Source: Candidatus Bathyarchaeota archaeon
GTDB lineage: Archaea; Thermoproteota; Bathyarchaeia; Bathyarchaeales; DTEX01
NCBI GenBank assembly: GCA_963714275.1
Contig: CAVQNT010000002.1
Span: 416,001 to 480,000 of the forward strand
Direction of reading: 5' to 3'
DNA length: 64,000 bases
Made by a program: the position numbers and the translations under genes. A model generated the notes under the pieces. The model saw only the letters and a list, made by a program, of their open reading frames with translations. It had not been told where the DNA came from and did not search any database. Below are positions 43,293-53,477 of the stretch, piece after piece; positions within the stretch are counted from its first letter, which is position 1, and every line of letters starts with the position of its first letter.

Positions 43293-43389
43293 TATTCTTT
43301 TATATTCAAAAAATATTATTGTGTCTTGAACGGGAACTCCGATAAACTTAAGTTCATGTGCCCTATTTTCGTCTTCTAAGTGATTCAAA

Positions 43390-43674
43390 ATGCCATTGTT
43401 CGGAAAAAAGAAAGAATCCGACGTTGAACAGACCTCTTACGAAGTTTTCGGGGGATTCACGATCACAAAGAACCAGTCAGGCTACGAGATCAGGTGGAAA
43501 AACCCCAACCCGACATCGATAACTGTTTTGCCTGAACCCGTAATCGACGCGAACGTTAAAACCAGCAAGGACGGCGATTTGCTTCAAATCCTTACAACTG
43601 AATGCAAGTTGATTATAACGAAAAAGGGAGGAAGCACAGAAGCCCGCGTCTCTCACCTTTGGGGTTCTGTTTAA
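43390..43674 (+). CDS. Hypothetical protein
   Basis: Intact ORF with upstream TATA-like sequence. Confidence 0.6.
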   Translation: MPLFGKKKESDVEQTSYEVFGGFTITKNQSGYEIRWKNPNPTSITVLPEPVIDANVKTSKDGDLLQILTTECKLIITKKGGSTEARVSHLWGSV

Positions 43675-43745
43675 TTATTATCAACAATTTCAATAATTGT
43701 GACTGTTTTACCTGTTTTTATAATTAGATTAAAAAAATTTTAGGA

Positions 43746-45035
43746 TTACAGATTATATAGTTCGATTGAATTTTGCCCCATGATTTTCTCTGCAACCGAA
43801 AAAGCCATTTTTTTACCGAAGTACCCAGATGCAACTTTTATTGCCAAAACATACGAAACAAGACCTTTAGCGAGAATTAAGGAAGCGTAGCTGTGTTCTA
43901 TTAACTGATGGTCGCCGCCCCATGCGAATATTTTATTGTATGGAACAATCTCAAGCCATTCATTTAATCCTCTTTTGTAGGCTGTGGGAGATATGTGCGC
44001 TAGCCAGCATGCATCAATGTAAACGTTAGGAAAATACTTGGACATTATTCCTGCTTCCTGCATATACGGGTAACCGCCATGGAAAATGTCAAATCGTACA
44101 TCGGGAAACTTTCGGAAAAGGTTGGTCAGAAGGGTTGGCTGGGCGTTGGTTAGTGTGTTGAGGTTTCCAGCCTGGATTCCCGTATGAATTTGAAACGGAA
44201 GATTATGCTTAGAGCATTTCTCGCAGACAGCATGCATCATGAAATCTTGAAAAACCTTTCTTTCTTGCGGACCAACCTCATTCAGACCTTTTGAGAAGAT
44301 TCTTTCAGCATCAGCCTTAGCAACATTATCATAGAAGAGGCTTCGTTCATAAGCTAGTCCAGACTTAACGCCTACTACACCAGCTTTGGTTGCTGCTTCG
44401 AAAGAATGATCAAGTTCATTTAGGTAATCGTCCAGAGAGTGAATATTCTGCGATGCACAGTCCTTGACTACGTTAAGGTTGCCTTGAATAATATCGTCCA
44501 TCCTAACGACTTGAACGAGTCTTTCATCTTTAATTATTTTATCGTTTGGTAACGGTCCGCTTATGTCCAAAATGACTTTATGAACCTTCATTTTTTCAAG
44601 AATTTCTAACGACCATTTGAGGTTATTTTGGCTCTTTTCTCGGATATGCTGCGATAGTTCCCTCCAATTGGATTCGTCTACTTCTTCATCCTGAAGCCCG
44701 TAAAGGTCTCGGAGAGCGATTAGAAGATACCTGTAATAAATGGTGTTACGCACCCTTTCCAGATATGGCTTCAACTCCTTCCATCGTTCTTCAGATTGGT
44801 CTTCCCCGCACGGTTTCTCTAAATACTTGTACTTGTCTGGTTCGATGCATTTTCCTGGCAATCCAGCGGACAGCAAGTCTCCCTGCAAGTATGTGTGAGT
44901 CAGAAAATACGGGAGGTCCATCTCAAAATTTGGTTCTTTCATGAACGGAGAACTTAGATGTTCGTGCTGGTCAACAATTTTTATGCCTTCAAGAAATTCG
45001 GATATTTCCTTTTTTACTTCTTTTATCTTGTTCAA
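43746..45035 (-). CDS. Amidohydrolase-superfamily (uronate isomerase-like) protein
   Basis: DQHEH, KS.LAY.R, QIHTG, FHGGYP, WGGD. Confidence 0.88.
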   Translation of the reverse strand: MNKIKEVKKEISEFLEGIKIVDQHEHLSSPFMKEPNFEMDLPYFLTHTYLQGDLLSAGLPGKCIEPDKYKYLEKPCGEDQSEERWKELKPYLERVRNTIYYRYLLIALRDLYGLQDEEVDESNWRELSQHIREKSQNNLKWSLEILEKMKVHKVILDISGPLPNDKIIKDERLVQVVRMDDIIQGNLNVVKDCASQNIHSLDDYLNELDHSFEAATKAGVVGVKSGLAYERSLFYDNVAKADAERIFSKGLNEVGPQERKVFQDFMMHAVCEKCSKHNLPFQIHTGIQAGNLNTLTNAQPTLLTNLFRKFPDVRFDIFHGGYPYMQEAGIMSKYFPNVYIDACWLAHISPTAYKRGLNEWLEIVPYNKIFAWGGDHQLIEHSYASLILAKGLVSYVLAIKVASGYFGKKMAFSVAEKIMGQNSIELYNL

Positions 45036-45195
45036 CCCGAATCACCAAATAAAAATTCCATTGTAATAAGGCGGATATCTTTACAAAGGTATTTAACATT
45101 TTTTTAATATTTTTCCAACTCATAAAAGAAATCTGGACCAAAACTGTTTATGGATTCAGAAACCATAGGATTTAAAAATAACCTTTCCCATTTAA

Positions 45196-46420
45196 TTGAG
45201 GGTCGTGACGAAAATGCCGAGTCTCCTTACTGGACGACAATTAAAAGCTTGTTTTAGAACCTTCTGCCCGTTCGAGAAAGATGGAACCCTTAAACCAGAA
45301 ACAGAAAGGATAACATTTCTAGCTTCAAACATCAATCCGCCTGTTGACCTTGAAGGAAGAGCCTTCGTAATGGCTGCAGCGCAAGGCAAACAATCGCCGA
45401 TGATTATCCAGATAAGCTACAATTCCATGAACCTTTCAGGCGGCAAAGAAACACATTTCAAACTGCCCGAAGGCATCTCTAGGCAACCGAAACCTTACCC
45501 CGCGTCAGACGGTGCGGAAACGCAGGTCGAAGTCTTAGAACACATCGTGAACCAGTATGGCGCCAAGTATGTAGCCGTGTCGCTGGACCATTTCAATGTG
45601 CCAAAATTTGACGAAACCTCGTTCTCGAGCCAGCCCACCAAGAAGTGTGTGCGAACCGAGCTCGCTGAAGCCCGAATAAGGGATGCTGTTAACTTCATGG
45701 AGCCCGTCTTTGGGAAGGTGAAACTTGACGAAAAAACCGTCAGAGCCTACGTAAATTACCTTTCCAGCTCAGAGTACTCAGGATTCAAAAGGGACTTTAT
45801 TAACGTGGTCGCGGCGGTCAGCCCAGCGTGGGGCATGATCGACACGGAAAAGCTTCCGCCCGTCCTAGACTTTGTGGTGACCCGAGAAATAAGCGACGCC
45901 ATAAAGAGGGAGCTCGGAAACGAAGACATCGTCATTGAGGCAGAGTTCGGAGCAACCGCGTCAAGTGGCAAAGAACTCGAATACGTGGAGTTAAGAGGAA
46001 AGGCTTTAGAGTCGTTCGCTGACCAAGTCGTTTCTTTCGTGAAGTACACGGGAGCCGAAGGAATCGCGTATCCAATAGGTATGGCTCATTCTGCAAAAAT
46101 TGGCGAGACGCATGAACCTGACATGGTTAGGCTTGAGGAAGTTCAAAGAAGAGCTGTACCTTGAGACAGGTGATTACGTGCCTTTTGCCCAGCATGGTGG
46201 AACTGGAGTTGCACGGGTCGCGCGTGGATTGGTGGGCAAAGACAACATTAACACGAAGTACCTCGTGGTGGGAGCGAACGCTGTCGCAGACCACGTTGAA
46301 GCAAACCTGAAGGCAATAAGAGCCGGAGACAAGAAAGCCTGCGGAACCGTAATCTACGATTTGATGGTGATGGCTGTCTACAAAGCTACGATAGAGAAAC
46401 TGGAAGAAACAGGAAGCTGA
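45196..46420 (+). CDS. Divergent class II fructose/tagatose-bisphosphate aldolase (frameshift near 46150)
   Basis: SP.IIQIS, SLDH, MID, EAEFG, IG.AH, QHGGTG, K.NINT. Confidence 0.75.
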
Positions 46421-46622
46421 CCAGAAAGGACCCATGTTAAGCTCCGTAATTTAGAAAAGGCACCGCATTTTTTCTTGTTAGGCTGAGCTTATGCACTTAA
46501 CTTCTCAGAGTCCTAAAACTTTATTGTGACATCCATTTTGTTACGGAAAATTTTTTGAGGGAAAAGATTTTTACAGCATCATGCAATGATATTTGTCTAT
46601 TCTGCTCGTAACGGTTTGTGGC

Positions 46623-48086
46623 ATGACAAAGACAGAAGGCGCGGTTAGAATCGGGCTTGAGGTTCACACCCAGTTAACCAGCCTAAAGTCTAAACTTTTC
46701 TGCAGCTGCTCATCCGACTACAGGGGCAAAGAACCAAACTCGATGGTCTGCCCCGTCTGTTTAGGGCTTCCCGGCTCGCTTCCCGTCCTCAACGCGAAAG
46801 CAGTCGAGTACGCGGTTATGGCTGCCTTGGCGCTTGACTGCAAGGTTTCTAAACGGATGTTCTTTTTCCGAAAAAATTATTACTATCCAGACTTGCCCAA
46901 GAACTTCCAGATTACGCAGTATGACCGGGCAGGCGGAGTTCCCCTTGCTGTCGGAGGGCACCTGTACATTGAAGACCAGAAAAAACGGAAGAAAATCAAT
47001 ATCAGCCGCGTTCATCTGGAAGAGGACCCAGGAAGGCTGGTACACAGCGGTCCTATTGACCAGTCGCTGTACACGTTGGTTGATTATAACCGTTCTGGGA
47101 TAACGCTTTTGGAGACGGTTACTGACCCTGACATGGATTCGCCGAGAGAAGCCCGAATTTTTCTTCAGAAGCTCAGGTCCGTTCTCGAACACTTGGGCAT
47201 CTTCGATGGCAGCTTGGAGGGCGCAATGCGGTGCGACGCAAACATTTCTTTTGCTGGAGGCACAAGGGTCGAGGTTAAAAACATATCGTCGTTTAAGGAG
47301 GTTGAACGTGCCCTCGGCTTCGAGATTACGAGGCAAAAAGGCTTGGTGGAAAGGGGAGGAGTCGTGAAAAGGGAAACTCGGCACTGGGACGAAACCAGAC
47401 GGATTACGGTTTCGCTTCGCTCTAAAGAGGAGGAACAGGAGTATCGGTACTTCCCTGAACCCGACCTTACGCCGATCGAATTAACTACGGATTACATCGA
47501 AAAAATCAAGGCGGGAATGCCTGAACTGCCAGACGACAGGATGAAACGGTTCGTCGCTGCTTACGGTTTGCCGAGGTATGACGCGGAAGTTTTAGTTGGC
47601 TCCAAGGCTTTCACTGACTTTTTTGAGGAAAGCGTGCGACTATACAACAAGCCCAAGGAAGTCAGCAACTGGATGATGAGCGACCTTCTCAGGTACCTTT
47701 ACGAGAACGACCTTGAACTGCAGGAGTCGAAGGTTACGCCTGCTAAGCTCGTCGAAATGATAGAACTGATAGATAAAGGCGTAATAAGTGGAAAATTCGC
47801 TAAAACGCTTCTTCCAAAGGTCATCGTGACAGGCAAGGCTCCCAACGAGATCGTTGAAGAAGAAAGGATGTTCAAAATTTCAGACCTCGACTACCTAAAA
47901 AAATTAGTTAACAAAATCTTTGACGAGAACCCGAAAGCCATTCAAGACGCACTTGTGGACGAGAAGGCGGTGCATTTCCTAATCGGGCAATTGATGAAGG
48001 CAACACATGGAAAGGCAGATCCGTCTCTAGCAAGTCGCATCGTCAACGAGAAGCTTAACTCAATAAGAAAAAGTAAGACAAAATAA
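46623..48086 (+). CDS. gatB: Asp/Glu-tRNA amidotransferase subunit B
   Basis: IGLEVH.QL, RKNYYYPDLPKNFQITQY, HLEEDPG, RCDAN, YRYFPEPDL. Confidence 0.97.
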   Translation: MTKTEGAVRIGLEVHTQLTSLKSKLFCSCSSDYRGKEPNSMVCPVCLGLPGSLPVLNAKAVEYAVMAALALDCKVSKRMFFFRKNYYYPDLPKNFQITQYDRAGGVPLAVGGHLYIEDQKKRKKINISRVHLEEDPGRLVHSGPIDQSLYTLVDYNRSGITLLETVTDPDMDSPREARIFLQKLRSVLEHLGIFDGSLEGAMRCDANISFAGGTRVEVKNISSFKEVERALGFEITRQKGLVERGGVVKRETRHWDETRRITVSLRSKEEEQEYRYFPEPDLTPIELTTDYIEKIKAGMPELPDDRMKRFVAAYGLPRYDAEVLVGSKAFTDFFEESVRLYNKPKEVSNWMMSDLLRYLYENDLELQESKVTPAKLVEMIELIDKGVISGKFAKTLLPKVIVTGKAPNEIVEEERMFKISDLDYLKKLVNKIFDENPKAIQDALVDEKAVHFLIGQLMKATHGKADPSLASRIVNEKLNSIRKSKTK

Positions 48087-48097
48087 TGTTTCCGGTT

Positions 48098-49154
48098 TCA
48101 CTGCAGGATTATTTCTTTGCCTTTTTTGGCTGAAAGATAAATCGCGTCGAGAATTCGCATGCATTCCAAGCCCTGTTCTCCTGTGGCAATGGGCTCTTTG
48201 TCGTCGAGGATGCAGTCGATAAAGTTTTCCATAGCGTTCTTCGTCTTTTCTTTTCGTCCAAGTATTAAGCTCGTCTCTGAGGATGCCATCTTCTTCGGTG
48301 AAAACCTTCGCCTCGAAATTGTAACTTTCGCCAATGTTTCTTTGGACGACGCCGCCTTTTGTGCCCAGAATCTGGGTAACCATGTCTTCCCGTTTCTCTG
48401 AGTATCCGTCCCAGCTCGTCTCCAGAATCAGCGTCGCGCCATTCTGCAACCTAATGAACGCAGCTGCCAAATCCTCAACGTCGAATTTCGCCTTGCTTTC
48501 AGACGCAAGTCTCTCGCCGATAAGACCGTAGGTGCTTGCTGACACAGAAACAGCGTGCGGGTAATTCATAAGCCACAAAGCCAAGTCGAGACGGTGAACG
48601 CCAAGGTCGATAAGTGGACCTCCACCAGAAAGGTTTTTTATACCAAACCAGCCTCCGAACTTCGGGATTCCTCCCCTTCGCCTATGCCAGATGGACCTAC
48701 AATAGTAGACGTCTCCGATGATTCCTTTACCAATCAGTTCCTTCAATGCCATGCAGTGGTCGATGAAACGGTAGCTGAAGTTAATCATCAGCTTCTTCTT
48801 GTCCTTTCTCGCTTCCACAAGCATTGATTCAGCTTCCTGAGCGTTCATCGCCATCGGTTTCTCGCAGAGAACGTGAAGCCCCTTTTTCAAAGCTTTCATG
48901 GTGACTGAGGCATGCAGGTAGTTCGGCAGGGCTACGCTTAGCCCGTCGAGGTTCAACGGAGCATCTAACATCTCATCTATGGAAGAATAAACATGAGGCA
49001 CGTTGAATTCCTTAGATATGCTCCTAAGAAGGGTTTCATTGTTGTCGCAGATCGCAACAACCTCGCAGCGTTCATAAGCTTGGTAATTCCTTAAATGGTA
49101 CTTTCCCATCCCAAGTCCGATGATACCTATTCTCGCCTTTTTTGTTTTTTCCAT
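48098..49154 (-). CDS. Gfo/Idh/MocA oxidoreductase (frameshift near 48270)
   Basis: GIIGLG, CEKP, GGG.LIDLGVH. Confidence 0.92.
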
Positions 49155-49219
49155 TACTCATCGCCACCTATAACTTCTCAACATGTTGAAATTAGAAACG
49201 GATTGGACGCTTAAAAAAT

Positions 49220-49888
49220 TTAAGTACTTTCTTTGGAATCAGGCGCCACGGCCTTTCGTAGAAACCTGTAAACCCTGAAAGCAGCCTCACGGTCCGCTGT
49301 GAACCCGGAAGTTGAACCCAAAAGGCAGACGCCCTCCAGCCCTCGTTTCTTTGCGAGACCAAGAAGAAGCCCCGAGATGCCGATGATTCTTCGTCTCTTG
49401 TATGCAACGGCGCCTTTTGTGACATATTCTTTGGTAAAGTCCTTGTTTGTCGCAGCCACGTAGATTTCTTTCGTGGGTTGTGTAGTTGGAGCTCCATCCA
49501 TAGTGATGATGGACTTGCATCCAAGGTCTAAGACAAAGTCCAGTATGTCGTTGCAAAGTTCGTAGTGGGCTGGAATGTCCTCCAAAGCAGGCGGGCTGTC
49601 TCCTATTAGGATTACGAGATTAGGGCTTTTGGTGGAAACGTAGAATTCATATTTTGGAGGATGGCAAACTCCCTTTTTGTCGATGAACACATAGTCGGGC
49701 AAAATTGGAGAGTACAACTCCGCGAAGGGTTCCGCTTTCAGAAACTCGTGGAAAAGCTTAGCGGCCATTCGACCTATGTCGCCGATGCTTGAAAGCCCAA
49801 CAATCAGAGTTGGGTCAACGAGTTTTGGTTGCGAAAGCATCCGAATGTACGTTTTTTTCATTGAAGGCACACTTACCGTAAGCTTCAC
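49220..49888 (-). CDS. PAC2 (proteasome assembly chaperone) family protein
   Basis: LIVGL..IG.IG.MAA, I.GISGLLLG.A..RG. Confidence 0.85.
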   Translation of the reverse strand: MKLTVSVPSMKKTYIRMLSQPKLVDPTLIVGLSSIGDIGRMAAKLFHEFLKAEPFAELYSPILPDYVFIDKKGVCHPPKYEFYVSTKSPNLVILIGDSPPALEDIPAHYELCNDILDFVLDLGCKSIITMDGAPTTQPTKEIYVAATNKDFTKEYVTKGAVAYKRRRIIGISGLLLGLAKKRGLEGVCLLGSTSGFTADREAAFRVYRFLRKAVAPDSKEST

Positions 49889-49983
49889 TCTTTCACGTAT
49901 AGACTTTTCGTTTTCCCGTCATAAGTAAACACTTAATAGACACTGTCTTTCCACGTGAAAGAAGTTGAGACGGCGGAGTCGAC

Positions 49984-50452
49984 ATGAGCACCAAAAAGAC
50001 AAGCAAATCCGAACTCTACGAACAATGCCAAAAAGAAATTACTAAAAAAATCGGGAACAAGACATTGATTGAAAGAATGGACTTTTTATGTCAACTCTTT
50101 AAGGCAAAGATTCCATACTATTTTTGGGTCGGCTTCTACTTTCCCAAAGACGAACACTTAGAGACTTGGTCCCTCAAAAGGTCCATCAGCCTGTTCCCAG
50201 ATATCCTGCACAGGAGTGTGCGGAAAAGTAGCTGAAACCGGAAAGCCGGTTATTGTTCCAGACGTCAACAGATTTCCGGGACATGTTGCCTGCGACCCAA
50301 GGTCCAAATCAGAAATTGCCCTACCTGTCTTTGGCGTCAATGAGAAGGTGGTCGCAGTTTTCGATGTGGACAGTGATGAACGGGAAAGATTCGACAAGAC
50401 TGACCAGAAATGGCTACAAAAAATATTAAAAACAAGCCTTTACAGAAATTAA
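49984..50452 (+). CDS. GAF-domain free Met-R-sulfoxide reductase-like protein (frameshift near 50165)
   Basis: WVGFY, GVCG, PGHVACD..S.SEI.LP, DVDS. Confidence 0.85.
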
Positions 50453-50465
50453 GCCTTAAACTTAG

Positions 50466-51801
50466 CTAGATAAAATCGGCAAGTCTTTTCTGTCCGGTTT
50501 GCTTCCGTGCTTCTCGTCGTGTAACCGGTTGTGTTGATTGTTGTTCTACTAGGCTTTCAGCACTCTTTTTCTCGGATTCATCGACAATTTTAATTTGACC
50601 GTAGACTCCATCGTATCCCGGAACCACGTTTAGTCTTTCTTCTCTGACTCTGATTATTGCGTCCGCAATCGTCGGGTCAACTGTCTCAGCCAATACATTG
50701 AAAGGCGCATCAATAAGAACCGTGTACTCGTCGCCAAACTTTGATATGAGCAGATTGTAAACGTTCCAAACTTTCTGTATTCCAGGATATGCTGCACCTA
50801 GAACTGCTTGGATGACCTCGCTTAGGGGAAGAAGCCGCCTGAAGCCTGGAACACTGTCAGGTTTGAATCCATCTGGTCTGTCCGCCAGCTCGTTTACACG
50901 TTGCTCAACGCCTTTCGTGAGTTTCCTGTGGCAAACTGGGCATATTCCGCCATACTTCTTCACTTCTTCCGGCGAAAGGGATACCTTGCAGTTTCTGTGC
51001 CCCGTCCAGTGGTATTTACCATATTCGGGATAAGTTTCAATTGTGAAAAGGAAACGTTTCGGGTCCTTACTTCGGATGGCATCGATCACATTATTGAAAG
51101 TTAATCTTTCAATGTCGAAGACGTTGGCTTCACGTCCGATTCGCCAAGGCCAACTTGAATGAGAGTCGCTGTTCGAAACGAGGGTAAACCTGTCCAACGC
51201 GCTTAGTCGCCAGTTCATGGGCGGGTCAGACGAAAGACCGGTTTCCACAGCAAAAATGTGTTTTATGGTTTCTTGGTAGCAATCTTCTATCCTGTCGAAA
51301 CCGCTAAGGTCTCCGAAAAGACTGAACCACGGGGTCCAGATGTGCGCTGGGATTAAGACGTTTTCCCGTGATGCTTCCATTACTTCCTCAACAAGTGCAG
51401 CTGCTGTCATATTTAAAACGGGTCTGCCGTCAACAATCAGACTGCCGTAACGGGAAAGCCGATCGTTGATTTGTGCTGCGGTTTCGAGGTTAGGCGTCAA
51501 GATTAGGTGATGAATCTTTTTTGTCTCTTCTTTGAAGGGGAATATTGTGGCAGCTTCGCCAGTGACCATAAACCTAAGGGAAGAATTGGGTGCCTTTGTT
51601 GGCTTGTAAAGGTCTGATTCTTCGTCTCTTACGAGGTTCTCCTTCAGTTCTTTGAGCCACTGCGCATGCGTGAAGTCTCCAGTCCCAACTAGGTTCAAGC
51701 CCTTAACAGGCGCATAGCGGACGATTTCATCTACGTCCATCTGTTCGCTTGTCGCCCTGCTGTATTTGCTGTGAATATGGAAGTCAGCTGATTACCTTCA
51801 T
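50466..51801 (-). CDS. Endonuclease Q (PHP domain plus Zn finger); N-terminal frameshift
   Basis: HIHSKYSRATS (hand-read), GTGDFTH, PAHIWTPW, ETGLSSD, SNSDSHS, GKYH..GHR.C, PGYDGVYG. Confidence 0.92.
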
Positions 51802-51924
51802 CGTGAAGCAACCGCAATGCAGTGTAAAGTTACATTTCCTATTGAAGCCAACGAGTCTATATGACTTCTTTTCTAACACTCAAAAAAATTTTGATAACAT
51901 TTAAGACGACAATTAAGTTTTTTG

Positions 51925-52605
51925 TTAATGGAAATAGTAAAGTTTGATTAGATAGAGCAAAGCCAGATGAAGCGGGTAATAGGCATAAAAGAAATATTTC
52001 CTCCACACTGGATATGCGGTTTCGCCCTTAGATTCATTAGTTTTCTTTATGAATCCAGAATGATGAAGAAGGATGATTGGAAGAGCCAAAAGCGAGAATA
52101 TCTGGAGCGACCATTGAAACAAGAATAAAAGGTTGAGCAGCACAATTGAGGCGATTCCTGTTTCTTTGTCTTTTCTGAGTATATGCATTGAACCTATCAA
52201 CAGAATGCCGTAGACACCGTAATCGAAGTTCAGGAAAGAAACCAGAATAGGAAGCACGAACCACAAGGATTTCTTTTCAAGAAATAATATGAACAAGACG
52301 CCGAAGGACAAGGTAAAGAAAATGTTAAGGTGCTCAAAAATCCCGGAACCTATTGCCAGAATAAACGGAACTTGGGACACGAACCCAAAAAGTAAGAGTC
52401 TGATGAAGTATTTTTTTACGTTTCGGGTGGTATCAATCCCTAACGCTGTGAGGTAACTGAACAGAGGAAATGATATTCGCCCGATTATTCGGAGAACTAC
52501 ATAGTTCGGGTAAAAGATGGCTCCAACATGGTCCACCGTCATCGTCGCTATAGCAATCCACTTCAGTGCTTCCCTGCCGACATCGAACTTTACTTGCATA
52601 ACCAA
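51925..52605 (-). CDS. TraX-family membrane protein
   Basis: LKWIA..TM.VDH.G, GRISFPLF, NIFFTL, DYG..G, FY.YYPLHL. Confidence 0.88.
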   Translation of the reverse strand: MVMQVKFDVGREALKWIAIATMTVDHVGAIFYPNYVVLRIIGRISFPLFSYLTALGIDTTRNVKKYFIRLLLFGFVSQVPFILAIGSGIFEHLNIFFTLSFGVLFILFLEKKSLWFVLPILVSFLNFDYGVYGILLIGSMHILRKDKETGIASIVLLNLLFLFQWSLQIFSLLALPIILLHHSGFIKKTNESKGETAYPVWRKYFFYAYYPLHLALLYLIKLYYFH

Positions 52606-52644
52606 GCCAATTTACGGTTTGTTTTTTTATTATTCTATAGGTCT

Positions 52645-53361
52645 TTACGTGGTCTTTGATTGTTGTTCCTTTTTCGGTTCATTCTTGTCTTTTTCATCAA
52701 GCGGGAAAAACTTTTCCCAGTCGATCTTGAACATGGCTATTATGACAATTGCCATGAGGACAGCTGATGCAACGATTGTCAGTGGTCCTCCTTCTCCGCC
52801 AAACAAGGCTTCTATGGCGTCAATAGACAGGTAGCCACCGTATGCGATGATGAAACACATGAGCAGTTTTCCGAGGATACACGGAATGAAAGCTTTAACG
52901 AAGTTGTATCTCATTATTCCGAGCGGAATGAAGAGGAGGTCGTCGGGAAGCGGGGTCAAGGCGAAAACAAAAATTGAGACTGCTCCGTATTTATTGAATA
53001 ATTTTAGAATGTAATTCATTTTTTTCTTTTGTTTTTCGCTGATGACGGTTCTGCCGAAATATCCCAAGAAATAGCCAACGAACTCGCCTATGGCTGAACC
53101 TATTCCTCCTGAGACGGCTAAGAAAAAGGGGTTGAACAAGTCCTTCTGCATTCCTAACGAGAAGATGATCACGGTGTAAGGTATCGGAATGATGACTGAC
53201 GAGGAGCCAAGGAGGCTCACCAAAAAAACACCGAGGTATCCGTATGTCTGGGCAATGTCTTTAAGCCATTGGTCGAACTGTTGAAGCCATTCCATGCCCT
53301 GTTGAACGTCGAAGTTAAAAAGCACAGTCAAACCTTCCGTGTTCAGGCGGTTAATGAGCAT
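52645..53361 (-). CDS. DedA/VTT (YqaA-like) membrane protein
   Basis: PIPY, GSAIGE..GY, FALTPLPDD. Confidence 0.85.
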   Translation of the reverse strand: MLINRLNTEGLTVLFNFDVQQGMEWLQQFDQWLKDIAQTYGYLGVFLVSLLGSSSVIIPIPYTVIIFSLGMQKDLFNPFFLAVSGGIGSAIGEFVGYFLGYFGRTVISEKQKKKMNYILKLFNKYGAVSIFVFALTPLPDDLLFIPLGIMRYNFVKAFIPCILGKLLMCFIIAYGGYLSIDAIEALFGGEGGPLTIVASAVLMAIVIIAMFKIDWEKFFPLDEKDKNEPKKEQQSKTT

Positions 53362-53477
53362 GTCTTTCGTTCTTGATTCTTAAAAACCTAACCCAACAGA
53401 CTCCTGTCAACGTAACGAAGTCTTAAATCCGTAGGCGCATATTATCTGTCAAATTTATCGAGTTGGACTTGGATCGA

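Noticed and set aside
46761-47384. Long antisense ORFs (e.g. 46761..47384, 1910..2419, 59064..59531)
   Set aside because: Shadows of well-supported genes on the opposite strand, with no recognisable motifs
51925-52605. TraX as evidence of a conjugative element
   Set aside because: No other transfer genes nearby; flanked by housekeeping genes
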